Below are positions 12,732 through 25,045 of a stretch of 64,000 bases of DNA, one piece after another. The stretch lies in NCBI GenBank assembly GCA_040954595.2, contig CM082596.2, positions 11,028,454-11,092,453 of the forward strand. Reading direction: 5' to 3'. The notes under the pieces are model-generated. The model was not told the origin of the DNA. It saw nothing but the letters and a program-made list of their open reading frames with translations, and ran no database searches. Position numbers and translations under genes: made by a program. How positions within the stretch are numbered: position 1 is the stretch's first letter; each line of letters starts with the position of its first letter. The DNA is from Balanoglossus misakiensis. Taxonomy: Eukaryota > Animalia > Hemichordata.

Positions 12732-15700
12732 ATGCCCTACAAGAAAGGTATTGGGAGGAGGATTAAAAATGCAGAAAGGAAGAAGAGCCTCGCTGCAAAG
12801 GTGAAAAGATACAAAGGATGTAACAAGGGAGATTTTAGCATTCTGAATGAATTTGCGGAAATCGCTGTCTCCCATTCAAACAGCCAAAACAATGAGGCAC
12901 ATCAAGGAGAAGACAAGGTAATGATATTGGCATTTTGTATTGCTACTTTGAGATAAGATTGAGTCCAAGTTGTAAAAATTTCTTTCAGGGCGGTCAATGT
13001 CATATCATCAAGATTGTAATTTTGAACTATAAAACCCTTGAGGTTCTATACTGGAAGTCTGGAAAATGGCTAAGATTTCAAAAAATTAACGTGGTAATGC
13101 CTTGTGTTTCCACCTTTCCAGATCACCACACCTAACAAGAAATGTGCTAGGCAGGTGTTAGAAGAACTACAACAAAAGAGCCCCACTACAGAATTGAAAA
13201 TGAATGAGAGAAGCTTCAGTGTTTTGCAAGATTTTGCGGAAATCGCTGTCTCCCATTCAAACAGCCAAATTAATGAGGCACATCAAGGAGAAGAGAAGGT
13301 AATGATATTAGCATTTTGTATTGCTATTTTGAGTTAAGATTGAGTTCACATTGTAAACTTCATAATTTCTTTCAAGGCAGTCAATGTAATATCATCAAGA
13401 TTGTAACTTTGAACAATAAAACCCTTGAGGTTCTATACTGGAACATGGCTAAGTTTTCAAAATTTTAACGTGGTAATGCCTTGTGTTTCCACCTTTGCAG
13501 ATCACCACACCTAACAAGAAATGCGCTAGGCGGGTGTTAGAAGATCTACAACAGAAGAGCCCCACTACAGAATTGAAAAAGAATGAGAGAAACTTCAGTG
13601 TTTTGCAAGATTTTGCTGAAATTGCTGCGTCATATTCTAAAAACCAGCAAAATACAGTTAGTCAGGGAATTGACAAGGTACCACAACATATCTCAACAAC
13701 TGAAGAAACAGCATGTGACAATTCTTTATCTAGCACAGATGACAGGGTCGTTGACAAGGCTGTGGAATTCTCAGTGCACCACATGTCGAATGAAAACTCT
13801 TGTCTTATCACAGGAACACATGACCAAATAGTACACCCTGTTTTTCATTATCCTTTGCCATATACATCCATAAGAACGGGTCTGGCTCAGTGCTCTCTGC
13901 CATGTGGTTGGCTATACCAGGCAGATGACAATGATATCCACCTGATGTACATTATAAAAGATGCATCAATGCAGTCAACTGTCATAAAAGACATAACTGT
14001 AACCAAAGACTTACACTGGTCAGTCACTGTCTATAATGAGCCATGTGACAATAAGAAACCTCTTTGCACATTGCCACAAACTGTCAATTCTGTTTCAATG
14101 GTACTTGACATTCTTAACATGGTACACAATACCATCGTGTGCATTGGCAATCCAGATTCCAAATTTCATGGTGTTGCCAGAGCACGGAAGGGTTTCTTCA
14201 AGAAAGCTCGCAGTGCAGATGAAGTTGCTGGGTGGCAGCATGTGGCACCTTTGCAGACCAGAAGAGGTGAGACAGTTGAAACAACAATACACTCAGCTCA
14301 GTGTCAAATGATCTTGAACAATGGAAATGAACGATGTGGTAATTGCTGGCAGTTCAGAAACTCTTTATTTTCCATGCTCCATAAAGACACAATGAAGAAT
14401 GAGACAGGAAAAAAGCAAAATAAAACAGACCACAACAGTCACGCACCACTATCAAAACTTTCTCATGAGGAACTGTACGAGAGAACAAAGAACATTATAA
14501 AAGAAAAGAATAGAGTGCAGATGAGTGAAGGACGTTTGAAGCAGAAATTGCAGGCCAGTATAGAGAAAGATGGTCTTGTTTTCAATCAGGAGCTAAGTGG
14601 TGATTTTGAGAAATTTACTGCTGACTATGAAGAAACTATCAACAAGGAATTTGAAGAGGGCTCCTTTCAGAAATTATTCTGGGAACAGCAGACAAAGGCC
14701 ATGAAGTGTTCAGAGTCAAAAGGGATGAGATGGCACCCGATGTTCATCAAGTGGTGTTTGAATATAAAGCTACGTTCTTCGGCTGCATATCGTACACTGA
14801 AAGAATCTGGTGTCATCAAGTTACCAAGTGAGCGAACCCTACTTGATTACACTCACTGGACAAAAGGAGGCAATGGAATTACAGGAGATGTCATACAGCA
14901 GCTGTACAGAGAGAGCAATTTCACTGAGCTGTCAGAACACCAAAAGTACGTTGTTCTGGTCCATGATGAGCTGAAAATCCATGCAGATCTTGTCTTTGAG
15001 AAGAGCTCTGGTGAATTGGTGGGTTTCACAGATGTTGGGAATTTCAATAATTCCCTCATCGCCTATGAAATGTCGCTGCTAGACGGACCAGTGCAACGTG
15101 ATATTGCCAAGTACATGCTCGTCTTTATGGTGAGGGGTGTCTGCATCCGTTTAAATTATCCAGTAGCACATTATCCGACAACTTCAATCACATCAGACTT
15201 TTTATTTCCTCTAGTCTGGGAAGTTGTTAACGTTTTGGAGGAATATGGCTTCAAAGTATTAGTGTCTACTTCAGACGGTGCATCACCCAATAGACGTTTC
15301 TACAGGTTACATGACTCTGGTGAGCAGCACGAATTGATTACACACAGAACGCTGAATGTGTGTGCCAATGAAGAAGATAGGTACATATACTTCATGTCAG
15401 ATGTGCCACATCTTATAAAGACGACAAGAAACTGTTGGTCAAACTCTGGTGCTCATAACAAGAAGCGATTATTATGGGTAAGACTGAAAATTATTACATA
15501 GAATCATAGACCCAATACGTTGTGAGTGCGTTGACAGCATTCTTCTATATGATCTTGTTTTTAGACTTCAACTGTATTGTCATCACATTTTCTCATTCAA
15601 ACTGAAGTTAGATAATTTGTTCAAAAATATTAAGCTATATTAATCCAAAGAATTTTAATGAAAGTATAACTGTTATATTAAAACAATAGTACCATTTACT

Positions 15701-17227
15701 GCCAATCTACATTTCCTGTGTTTATTGTCATAGCTTTTTAAGTATTGAGTAACAAACAATTTACTAATCTAGTGAGTATTCCTTTCATTTGTAATTACAG
15801 AATGGGGAGCACATTGTTTGGAAGACAGTAGCTGATTTGTACAAGGCTGATTTGGAGAGAGGAGGTTTATTTCTCTGCCACAAACTGAAGTATGAACACA
15901 TACACCTGACATCATTTTCACGTATGAAAGTGAAATATGCAGCACAGGTACTGAGACATGATTATTATGATAAGACTTGACTTTATGAATTCTGTTGTGT
16001 GCAATAACCTTTCTAAATACTTTTATTCACAGACCCTTATGAAAGAGTAAGAAACAACAAAATTTCTTTCTCCTATTATATATTAAACATTGAAGAAATT
16101 TGTCCATGCAGTGTATGTAACCCCAGTAATCACTCAAAGTAGAATGTAAATCAAGAGAAACTGAACATGTAATGGCATTACTAATTTCACCTCTTTTTCT
16201 TACTGTAGGTCCTCAGTTCCACAGTCGCCAATGCTCTGTCTGTTTTTGGGAGAAACAGGCATCAGATGGCTCCAACCATTGAATTTGTCAGAAACTTTGA
16301 CAAATTTTTTGACTGTTTAAATGTCAGAAGTATGACAGAAGGTGTAAAGAAAAGAAAGCCTGATCTGATGCCATACAGATCACCTGATGATCCTAGGCTT
16401 AAGGTAATTGTTGCTTCATGCTTGCATGGTTGCTTCCCCTGTTTTTTTTTATCAAAATAAATTCAGAGAACATAATTTTGGGCTCCATTGCCAATCACAA
16501 ATGATATCATGCAATAGATCTTCTATCAATGCTTTTGCTTTCACCATGAAAACTTTATGGTCCAACAGCCAAGTCATATAAAATGTGTATTTCCAAAGTA
16601 CATTAGCTGTAATTTTGTGACATTGAGGTTGTTTGAAGTATTTTATTGCTGAAAAGGGATATTTTTGTAGTGGTTGCAGGATGACTTCTTGGGCTATAGA
16701 ATGAAACTAAGCAGGGAGACAATTGAAGGTCTCTTCATGACAGGTAAGTAATGTTCTGATGAAGTATTCTTGATTATTTTTTGTCAATTGAGGTATCTTT
16801 TGCCATTCAAATATATATTACATGGAATGATGACAGATTTAAATTTAGGAAATGCCCAACAAAGCCTATCTGAATGTTCACAGCACAAGTGATGTCTTGT
16901 GGTTTGTGGAGGTTTTATTATATATTTTCAATAATTTCTCATTGCAGTCAACTCATTCGTCATGGTCACAGAGTACCTGTTGGCTCAACCCGGTGTCACC
17001 TGTGTACTGTCTGAAAAGTTCAACCAAGATCCCCTTGAATCCTACTTTGGGAACCACCGTCAGATGAAAGGGGGAATGAAGCACCGTCAGTATTGCAGTT
17101 TTGGCACTCTGCAAATGCCCTCAGAATGAAGAGCTCAAACTTGATGAGAGTCAATGGAGGAAATGTCAGAGGTCCTGTTGCAAATGGTGAAGTGGATAAT
17201 ACACCTCTACCAAAACATCGTCGTTGA
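12732..17227 (+). pseudogene. Spliced P-element/THAP9-family transposase, probably defective
   Basis: GT-AG exons in compatible phase: 12732-12917, 13122-13298, 13501-15477, 15801-15947, 16209-16403, 16671-16743, 16948-17227. Motifs: GMRWHP, LPSERTL, HDELKI, SDGASPN, SDVPHLIK, MKVKYAAQV, DKFFDCLN, NQDPLESYFG. A frameshift lies in the G-run at ~17070-17074; the shifted frame ends PLPKHRR*. Confidence 0.88.
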
Positions 17228-18889
17228 TCACTGATACTGCATTGCAGTTGTAAAATAAGACAGAACTTAAGACTTGTCAGGAAGCTATGAAAACCAGTAT
17301 CAGAGAATGGAAAAGAAAACAGGGTTCGTACACTCCCAGAAACTGTCATACAGGAGATTGCTTGCCAAACTACAAAATCTAAAACTAACAGTATTTGTGC
17401 ATACAAGTAGTGTTCCAAATGCAAATACTCCTGGAAAATGGCATTTTATATCAAAAATACTCTTAAAATTTGCCAAAAATCTCCTGGAATTTCAAGTTGG
17501 CCTAGGTGTGCGAACCCTGAAAAAAAAGAAGCTCTAAAACTTTGAGGGTGTACATTCATCTTGCTGTCTTCACTTTTTGTAGGAGATTGGTGATGACAGC
17601 AGTCAATAATGGCAGTGGCTATTTTATGAACATGAAATGAAATGATGTATTCCTATATCAACTGTCACTTGAAAAATGTAAATTTTGAAATGAGTACACT
17701 GTGCTACAGGCTTGCTGACTTTTTATTTACATCCAAACAGTCAATCATAGACCCCTGAGAAAAACACGTCCGTGAGTCTATTTTTGATAAACATGTGCAA
17801 TCTAAAGTCTTGATATTTTGTAAATACTGTTAATTTGTTTTTTTTGTATGCTGTTATTTTTGGTGTATGACTACATAAGTTTTTGGAGATCATATTAGGG
17901 ATATGATTTTGAATTTGGACAACACTTGTGATGCATGAAGGTATTGGGGGGGTGTCCATTGTCAGTGCAATAGAGCTTCAAGGGGGGGGGGGGCAGTTGT
18001 CAGTGCAATAGAGTTTTGTGGAAGCTATTCTTGGAGAATTATGAATGAAATAGAAATATTAAGAAAGAAGTGTGCAACAACAGTGCAGGATCATTGGGGC
18101 GTATACAAATTATTTTCATGAGTGATATAGTATTCTGTAGCTGTACTTCCATGAGCCAAGTGTGCGAAAGCATAGACCCCTAAGGGTCTAAGGTGAAAGT
18201 ATTACACCAGAGTATAAGAACAAAAGACAGTTCAATCATTTTGATTTTTTGAACTTTATTTTAACACTGACTTCGAGACAAATTGAACAATAACTATGAT
18301 AACAAATGCACATGCTTCAAATGTCCCTGTAAATACTACACACTGGAAAGTACCCTCCCCCCACCCACAGGCAATTACTTCGCTCGGAAACTTTGATGAC
18401 AAAAATTGCATGACCCGATCGCTTATCTTTATTAAAGGCACATGAACTGCAACCTTTGACATTATTAATTTCACGATTTTACATTTAGATACAACTAGTC
18501 CATAAAACGTTCTTACTTATAATGTTTACCTAATTATAAATGTCAACTGAGTGGGACAGCATGGAGGTTTTAGTCAGACAAATAATAATTGGATGCAGCA
18601 CCCAAATATGGCTCCCTCCATACAACACTATGATAAATAGCTTGAACGGTACATGTAAATATTCACTCCACTCTGACAAAGATTCTGATTTTCATACATT
18701 ATGGCAAGATTAGGGACAATTTAAAATGAACAAAATCTGATCAGTTTCTTGCCTATTTTGCCACAAGTGAATGTTGTTTAGGCATAGTTAATGACAACGT
18801 CATTCAATCTCTAGATTGCAATTAATATCTGATAAATTTGGAAGGTGTCTTGAGGATGGACAAGTTTTGCAGTTGCAGCTAATGGGCTT

Positions 18890-21197
18890 TTAATCCTTAT
18901 CTACTGACTTACATGATTTAAGCACTTTGCGGAGTCCTCTACTTGCACTTTGCCCATTGCCTTGATCATTTTTGTACTTTTGTATGAACTGCTTTGCTGT
19001 CGAGTGACCTCGTATATTGGTCCACATTGTAACACACATTAACATGAGCTTCAGGGATAGGGCTTCACTAAGACCCTTTGACAAATCAGACCAATATTGT
19101 AATGCAGCATTGTCTGATAGCACACAATCTATCACCAATTCACGAATACTGACATTCATCTGAATTAACATATTAACATTCTGGCGAATAAAATATTCTA
19201 CTCTTCTGAAGAACAAGTATGTCTTATCATTCACAATAAACAAACCACCCCGGTTTTCTTCAAGAACCCACTGTGTCGTGTAAGACAAGAAGGTTTTTTC
19301 TGTTGATTGTATAGAAACCATGTCAGCAAGACAATCCAACATGCCCTGTGGAACATGACACTGTCTGTTTAATTTACGACTCAGTGCCATTGGTATATAA
19401 CCACACGAATAGCGAAGGATGTTCTCTTCGACATTGTCCAGCTTTAATTCAGCACAATCAAAGTCTCGTTCAACTTTCTCTCTGCTTAGAAGAATCGTCT
19501 CAAATATACTATTGGCTATCATAGTTTTCTGAGAATTTGTCACACATTTATTTGCTTTGGCACAGAGAGCTGTGATTACTTTTCTTAGTTCCACTGAAAT
19601 TCTCAGCTGATGAAATTTCTTGAAGACTGCCTCCCGTCGTGCACATGAGAAAAAACACCCATCACCTGCCACAATTGCTGGCCACAAAATGCCAATGAGG
19701 CATGTCATCTCTTTTAAGATACAACCTGGATCTTCAACAGCTGCTTCATGTAATGCCTTCAACACATCTTGGAAAGCAACTATACTCTTAGCAAAACCTC
19801 CATTTTTTATGTAGTCTCTTGACAGTAGTTGACACATTGTCACACTGAGGAGATGTCCTGCCTCATTTACAGCATTTTCTTTGGTATATGTAGGCACGGG
19901 TCGTTTTCCTGACATAACAAAAAATATTACACATGTAATGGATGGTAAGTAACACTGAAACTTACATATCTAAATTGACTGCAAGGCACAACTGTCTGGC
20001 ATTATGTATCATGTAGTAGACAATCTTGAAGTTAAAAGCCCCCTGTCTTGAATATGAATGACCTGTTCTTATTTTAGGGCTTATAAAGTGAAACAAAAAC
20101 ACAGCTGCTACTTTCATCATGAATGTTAAATTAAGTGAAAAAAAACAAAAACAAAACACGGCTGATACCTTCGTCATGAATGTTAGATAATCAACTGAAA
20201 TGAGTGCTTTAGTTTGCCCATAATAAGAGTCAGGTCCAACCTTTATGCTTAACAGGTTATTTTTTTTCTCGAGGGTCTATGCTTTACCAACCCAGTATTC
20301 TATTGTCAACTACACACGGGAAACCTCAATCAGCATCTGGTACAGAAATTGTTTGTCTTCAAATTAATCATGTTGACCACTGTTACATGCACAATACTGC
20401 TAGCTACATAGGTGTACTTACTGTATTCTCTCTTCTTTCTTTTGTCTTTGGCTATCTTCTCCTCTTGACTACTTGGTGCTTGTGTTCCTTGGGATGGTTC
20501 TGAAAGTTGACCAATCGATAGTCATTTTGACATTGTCTTCCATTTTTAAGCAAAAGTAGTTTTTATTTTTAATATTCATGACTGATTCGGATATGTCTTC
20601 TCACAAGGTGAACGCTGTTTGTCAAACCCCACATAAAGTTATTATTGAAAATAACACTAAAATTACCACTTCAAATCTTGGCGAAGGAGTTTTTCTAACT
20701 TATCTTAGCTGAATCAGCGGTTTACATTTTGAAACTTGCATTCATATCCAGCCTGTACTTTTTAATGGCGTGGGTCAATGGATCTTTCTATTGTTAATGA
20801 TGCCAGCAACAGTAATGGTACATTGTAGAACTCGAAAGAATTTATGCTCGGAAGTGACAGCTAGTGCACCTAATAAATCCTGAATGGCTTACTCCTTTTC
20901 AGTATCTCTCCTAAAATGCTTACCTTGTAGTTTGTGTCCATTTAATAAATGATTCTTGCAGCCTTGTTTAGTTTTGAACGCTTTATCACACACACTGCAT
21001 AGGATACTTCCGGCATTTGCGGTCATGTACTGGTCTAAATACCGCAAATTTCGGCGGCCGGTTGAGGTCGAAAATGGTTTTGTGTCTTCTGAACGGGTTT
21101 CGTCTTCGCTTACATCGCTATCTGAACACCCATTTGTGTCTTCCTTGGAGAAAACGTCCACAAACTCGTCGTCATCGCTGTGGCAGTTAGCGGGCAT
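18890..21197 (-). CDS. Three-exon accessory gene of the P element: acidic N-terminus, C2H2 zinc finger and a domain like the P-transposase C-terminus (456 aa)
   Basis: Exons 21197-20924, 20499-20422 and 19908-18890 have GT-AG borders and join phase 1/phase 1 into 1371 nt with no internal stop. Contains CSVCDKAFKTKQGCKNHLLNGH and ENILRYSCGYIP...NRGGLFIVND. Confidence 0.8.
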
Positions 21198-23329
21198 TTC
21201 TGTCAGTGCTAGTGGTGTAAACAATCCAGGCTGTTAACGTCTCATGAAATCTCGAGAAATGCGTGATTTGGGGTGTTTCGCATGATCTCGTCTCGTGTTT
21301 CGCGGGATTTCGCGTTATTCAGGCCGTAAATGCAAACACTAGTTAATGTATTCCACCCAAGTGACTAAAGAAAGAGGCGTTGTTTCCTGTCCCGTTTTTC
21401 TCTAGGGTCTATGGTTCAGGTTAGAAGAATACCTAAATGCAATTTTTGGTTATCATTCCATATTCCATAGGTCATAGGTTTTGAGAAAACAGTATTGCAA
21501 TATTGTCATTTTCCTTAAAATTTCAGGTGCCAAAAGAGGAGTATTACTACAAGATTTAAAGAAAACACTATTGTTTTGTCGTCTATTAATGACTGGACAC
21601 TTACGCACCACATACTAACAAATACTACAAATACTATTCAGGGTAGACCATTGCCATATCCGGCTCTGAACAACAAGAACGATGATGTACTGATGATGTA
21701 TTATCAAAAGCGCCCTCACAGGCGCATATAGCAAATACTGGACACTACAACTATGTCACTGTGCTTGATTTTTGATAGAGCTGTTTAGATATTTTCTCCA
21801 TAGGAAAACTATAGCATTGGGAGTGTGAGAAGGTGCTGACTCAGCAGTATCCACAATATTTTAGACCCCCTTAAAACTAACATAGAAACACCGTATTTTC
21901 TTGCTATGTTTGATAAAAGTCAGGAAAATAACAATATTCTACCTTTTGAAATTTGAGAAGTCCACAACCTTACAATGCTAAACACAAAAGCTTATCATGC
22001 CACCAGTATGGGAAGACAGGGAAATTGGTTTGACAAAATGTGGAAATTCTGTATATTGAACACCTATTGGCTGGCCATGAGGGCCATTGCAGCTGTTTAT
22101 TACCCCCGAGGAGCTGTGAGTTACCAGAATCACATACTATTTCCCGAGGCCGTAGGGGTAAAAATGGCTGCTATGGCCCGAATATAGGCCAGGCCATAGG
22201 TGTTTTATAATAAACCTCATGCTAACAGTTGGGAAAATCTTGTAATTTTCTCTTGAGGTTGGCAGAAGACATCTTCAGCGGTGGCCATTGTGTCAGACGA
22301 GGCGACGCTTATTGACGTGACCCGAGTCTGTGAACTCACCTTGGTTAGGTGAAACACACCACGCTGGATTGAGGTAGAAGTAAGGCTTTTAATACCCAAA
22401 CAAGAAACTCTCTTAACAAAACTTAAATAAATACAGAGAAAAACACAAGTGTCGATAAATGAACAATAAAACTAAAATACACTAGTCTAGCTATTCAAAT
22501 AAAAAACGCTAATCTAAAATTGGGAGGGGGCCCCTTCAGTCAAGCGGTCGAACCTGGCCCTGTGGGTGAATCCATCCTGACAGGCCGAAATGTGAGGGAG
22601 GTTGTGCACTTCCCGAGAGATGGGGGTCAGGATGAAATCCAAGGCAGACCGCAGGAATGAAGGGGAAAAAGAAAGGTGGAAGAACGGGGTGGAGGTGGGA
22701 AAGGCGACGTGACCTGGCTCAAGCAGAGAACTGAATGAATGAAAGAATGAATGGGGAAACAAAGGACGGCCAGTCTGACGCTAAGGGCCGTGTGCACAGG
22801 CCAAGCTGATTGGTCAGAAACGAAGCAAGTAAAGGTCAGCACCAACGGCGCTGATTGGTCGCGGAAATGGAGGTGGGGCTAGTGAAGACCACCTCGGTGT
22901 GTTCACAAAAAGCATCTGTGATACAACACAGATTTTACTTTGTGAAACACACCACGCTGGATTGAGGTAGAAGTAAGGCTTTTAATACCCAAACAAGAAA
23001 CTCTCTTAACAAAACTTAAATAAATACAGAGAAAAACACAAGTGTCGATAAATGAACAATAAAACTAAAATACACTAGTCTAGCTATTCAAATAAAAAAC
23101 GCTAATCTAAAATTGGGAGGGGGCCCCTTCAGTCAAGCGGTCGAACCTGGCCCTGTGGGTGAATCCATCCTGACAGGCCGAAATGTGAGGGAGGTTGTGC
23201 ACTTCCCGAGAGATGGGGGTCAGGATGAAATCCAAGGCCCAAACGAAGGAAGAATGACTGAAGTTGACCCCCAAAAAAAGGGAAGTGGAATAGAGGAAAT
23301 GGGGTGAGATGTTGGAAATGGTGGGAGTG

Positions 23330-23907
23330 GGGTCCTGGGGGACGGGTCGACCGTGCGAGCCCAGGTGGGAGCGTGGAATGAATGAGACAATGGAAAGATG
23401 TCGCCCAAGGGATCATAAAATGATGCGGCTTGGGGGGAGGGGGGTCCTGGGGGACGGGTCGACCGTGCGAGCCCAGGTGGAAACAGGTGGAACGAATGAG
23501 ACAATGGAAAGATGTCGCCCAAGGGATCATAAAATGATGCGGCTTGGGGGGAGGGGGGTCCTGGGGGACGGGTCGACCGTGCGAGCCCAGGTGGGAGCAT
23601 GGAATGAATGAGCCCAAGGGATCATAACATGATGCGGCTTGGGGGGAGGGGGGTCCTGGGGGACGGGTCGACCGTGCGAGCCCAGGTGGAAACAGGTGGA
23701 ACGAATGAGACAATGGAAAGATGTCGCCCAAGGGATCATAAAATGATGCGGCTTGGGGGGGAGGGGGGTCCTGGGGGACGGGTCGACCGTGCGAGCCCAG
23801 GTGGAACGAATGAGACAATGGAAAGATGTCTCCCAAGGGATCATAAAATGATGCGGCTTGGGTGGGTGTGGTTCTGGGGGACGGGTCGACCGTACGAGCC
23901 CAGGTGG
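23330..23907. repeat. G-rich minisatellite (~95-115 bp units, 5-6 copies) inside the Ngaro element
   Basis: The core GGGGGACGGGTCGACCGT(G/A)CGAGCCCAGGTGG recurs six times. Confidence 0.92.
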
Positions 23908-24069
23908 CATGTGGTAAAACAAGAAAAAGGAGGTAACAAATCAGAAGGCAAGCGCGAGAAGAAACACTCTAATGACTGGCAAGCACCTGAAAAGCATGAC
24001 GCAAGGAGGTCTCGGAGGTTCTAATATACAACTGGTAACAGTCACTAGACCATCTACCTAAGTACTGAA

Positions 24070-25045
24070 TTAGGTGGGTCGCTGTTTGCCCGAGCAATTG
24101 CCCTGGGCTTTGCTGTGGTCGCCGGAGAAGCAGATGGAACAGCAATGGGCGAAGGAACAGTTATCTTTTTTACAACCCATGGGCGAATTGAAATTATTGC
24201 AGAGTTCTTTATCCTGATGGAAAACGCGGGGACGTCCCTGTCGGTCCTGTGATGGCGGTTGCAGTGGTGCGGAGATGGAGTTAACCGATTTCCTGCTGCC
24301 CGGAGCGAGTTGCGGACATATCTCGGTAGCGTGGGCTACACTTCCGCACAGGTTGCACAGCACTGCTCGCATGCCGGAGAAAATAGAACAGTATAAAGTA
24401 GTGTCCCGGCGAGACCAATCCACTTTTATGTTATGGTTTTGCAGCAAAGCCGCGGCCCTAGCGGAAAATGCACGATGGTACTCATAAAAGGCCAAGCCAC
24501 TAAAACGACGCGACATGTCGACTACATCTCGTTGGTATGCGTCCAGTTCTTCACGGCGATTCGGATAAACCTCGCACATAACATTTTTATAAACCGAAAA
24601 GGCTAGAATGAATTCTTGGATTGTAAGCGAGCGATGAACTCGAGTGTCGTGTAAAGGTCGCAGCGACAGGGCCTCGTCGCCGATAACGATGTGACGCTGG
24701 CTATCGTTGAAGCTGTACCCCGGAATGAGCAGGCATGCCAAATTGACGTCCTTACCTGCGAGAATATCTCGACGAAGGGAGGGTGATACCAGTTCGACGT
24801 GCGGTAAATTTTCCGAGGAAATACCGCGAGAACGGAGCAGGTCATTGGTAGCGCCAGAATGGTTGTTGTTAGTGGCCGAGCCGCGGCCGCCATCTTGGAA
24901 AGCGTTGGTGTGTACGTTTTGCTCCATAGGCGGATGTGACGTCACCGACGATGACGTCATGGGTGCGTTGTTGCTGAACCCTGGATTTTGCTGTTCCAAA
25001 ACTAAGCGCGTCAGGTTGTTGACAGAGTCTTGCAGAGATGTAAAC
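24070..25045 (-). CDS. Ngaro/DIRS gag-like protein with CCHC and CCCH-type zinc fingers
   Basis: Open frame 24070-25152 with DILAGKDVNLACLL, LTIQEFILAF, FYEYHRAFS, CNLCGSVAHATEIC and CNNFNSPMGC...C...H. The true start is uncertain. Confidence 0.75.

Larger units (their letters stand above)
10803..21413 (+). mobile_element. P-superfamily DNA transposon, 10,611 bp, with two convergent genes
   Basis: 31-bp TIRs with one mismatch (CATAGACCCTAGAGAAAAA(A/C)GGGACAGGAAA at 10803-10833 and 21383-21413). 7-bp TSD GTTCAGG at 10796-10802 and 21414-21420. Contains a P-type transposase. Confidence 0.95.

Noticed and set aside
17746-20281. Nested TIR element carrying the 341-aa ORF
   Set aside because: The flanks AGTCAAT and CTTTACC do not form a TSD, and the ORF splices in frame to exons outside this interval.
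23113-24024. Pro- or Gly-rich ORFs on both strands
   Set aside because: They are products of the GC-rich minisatellite.
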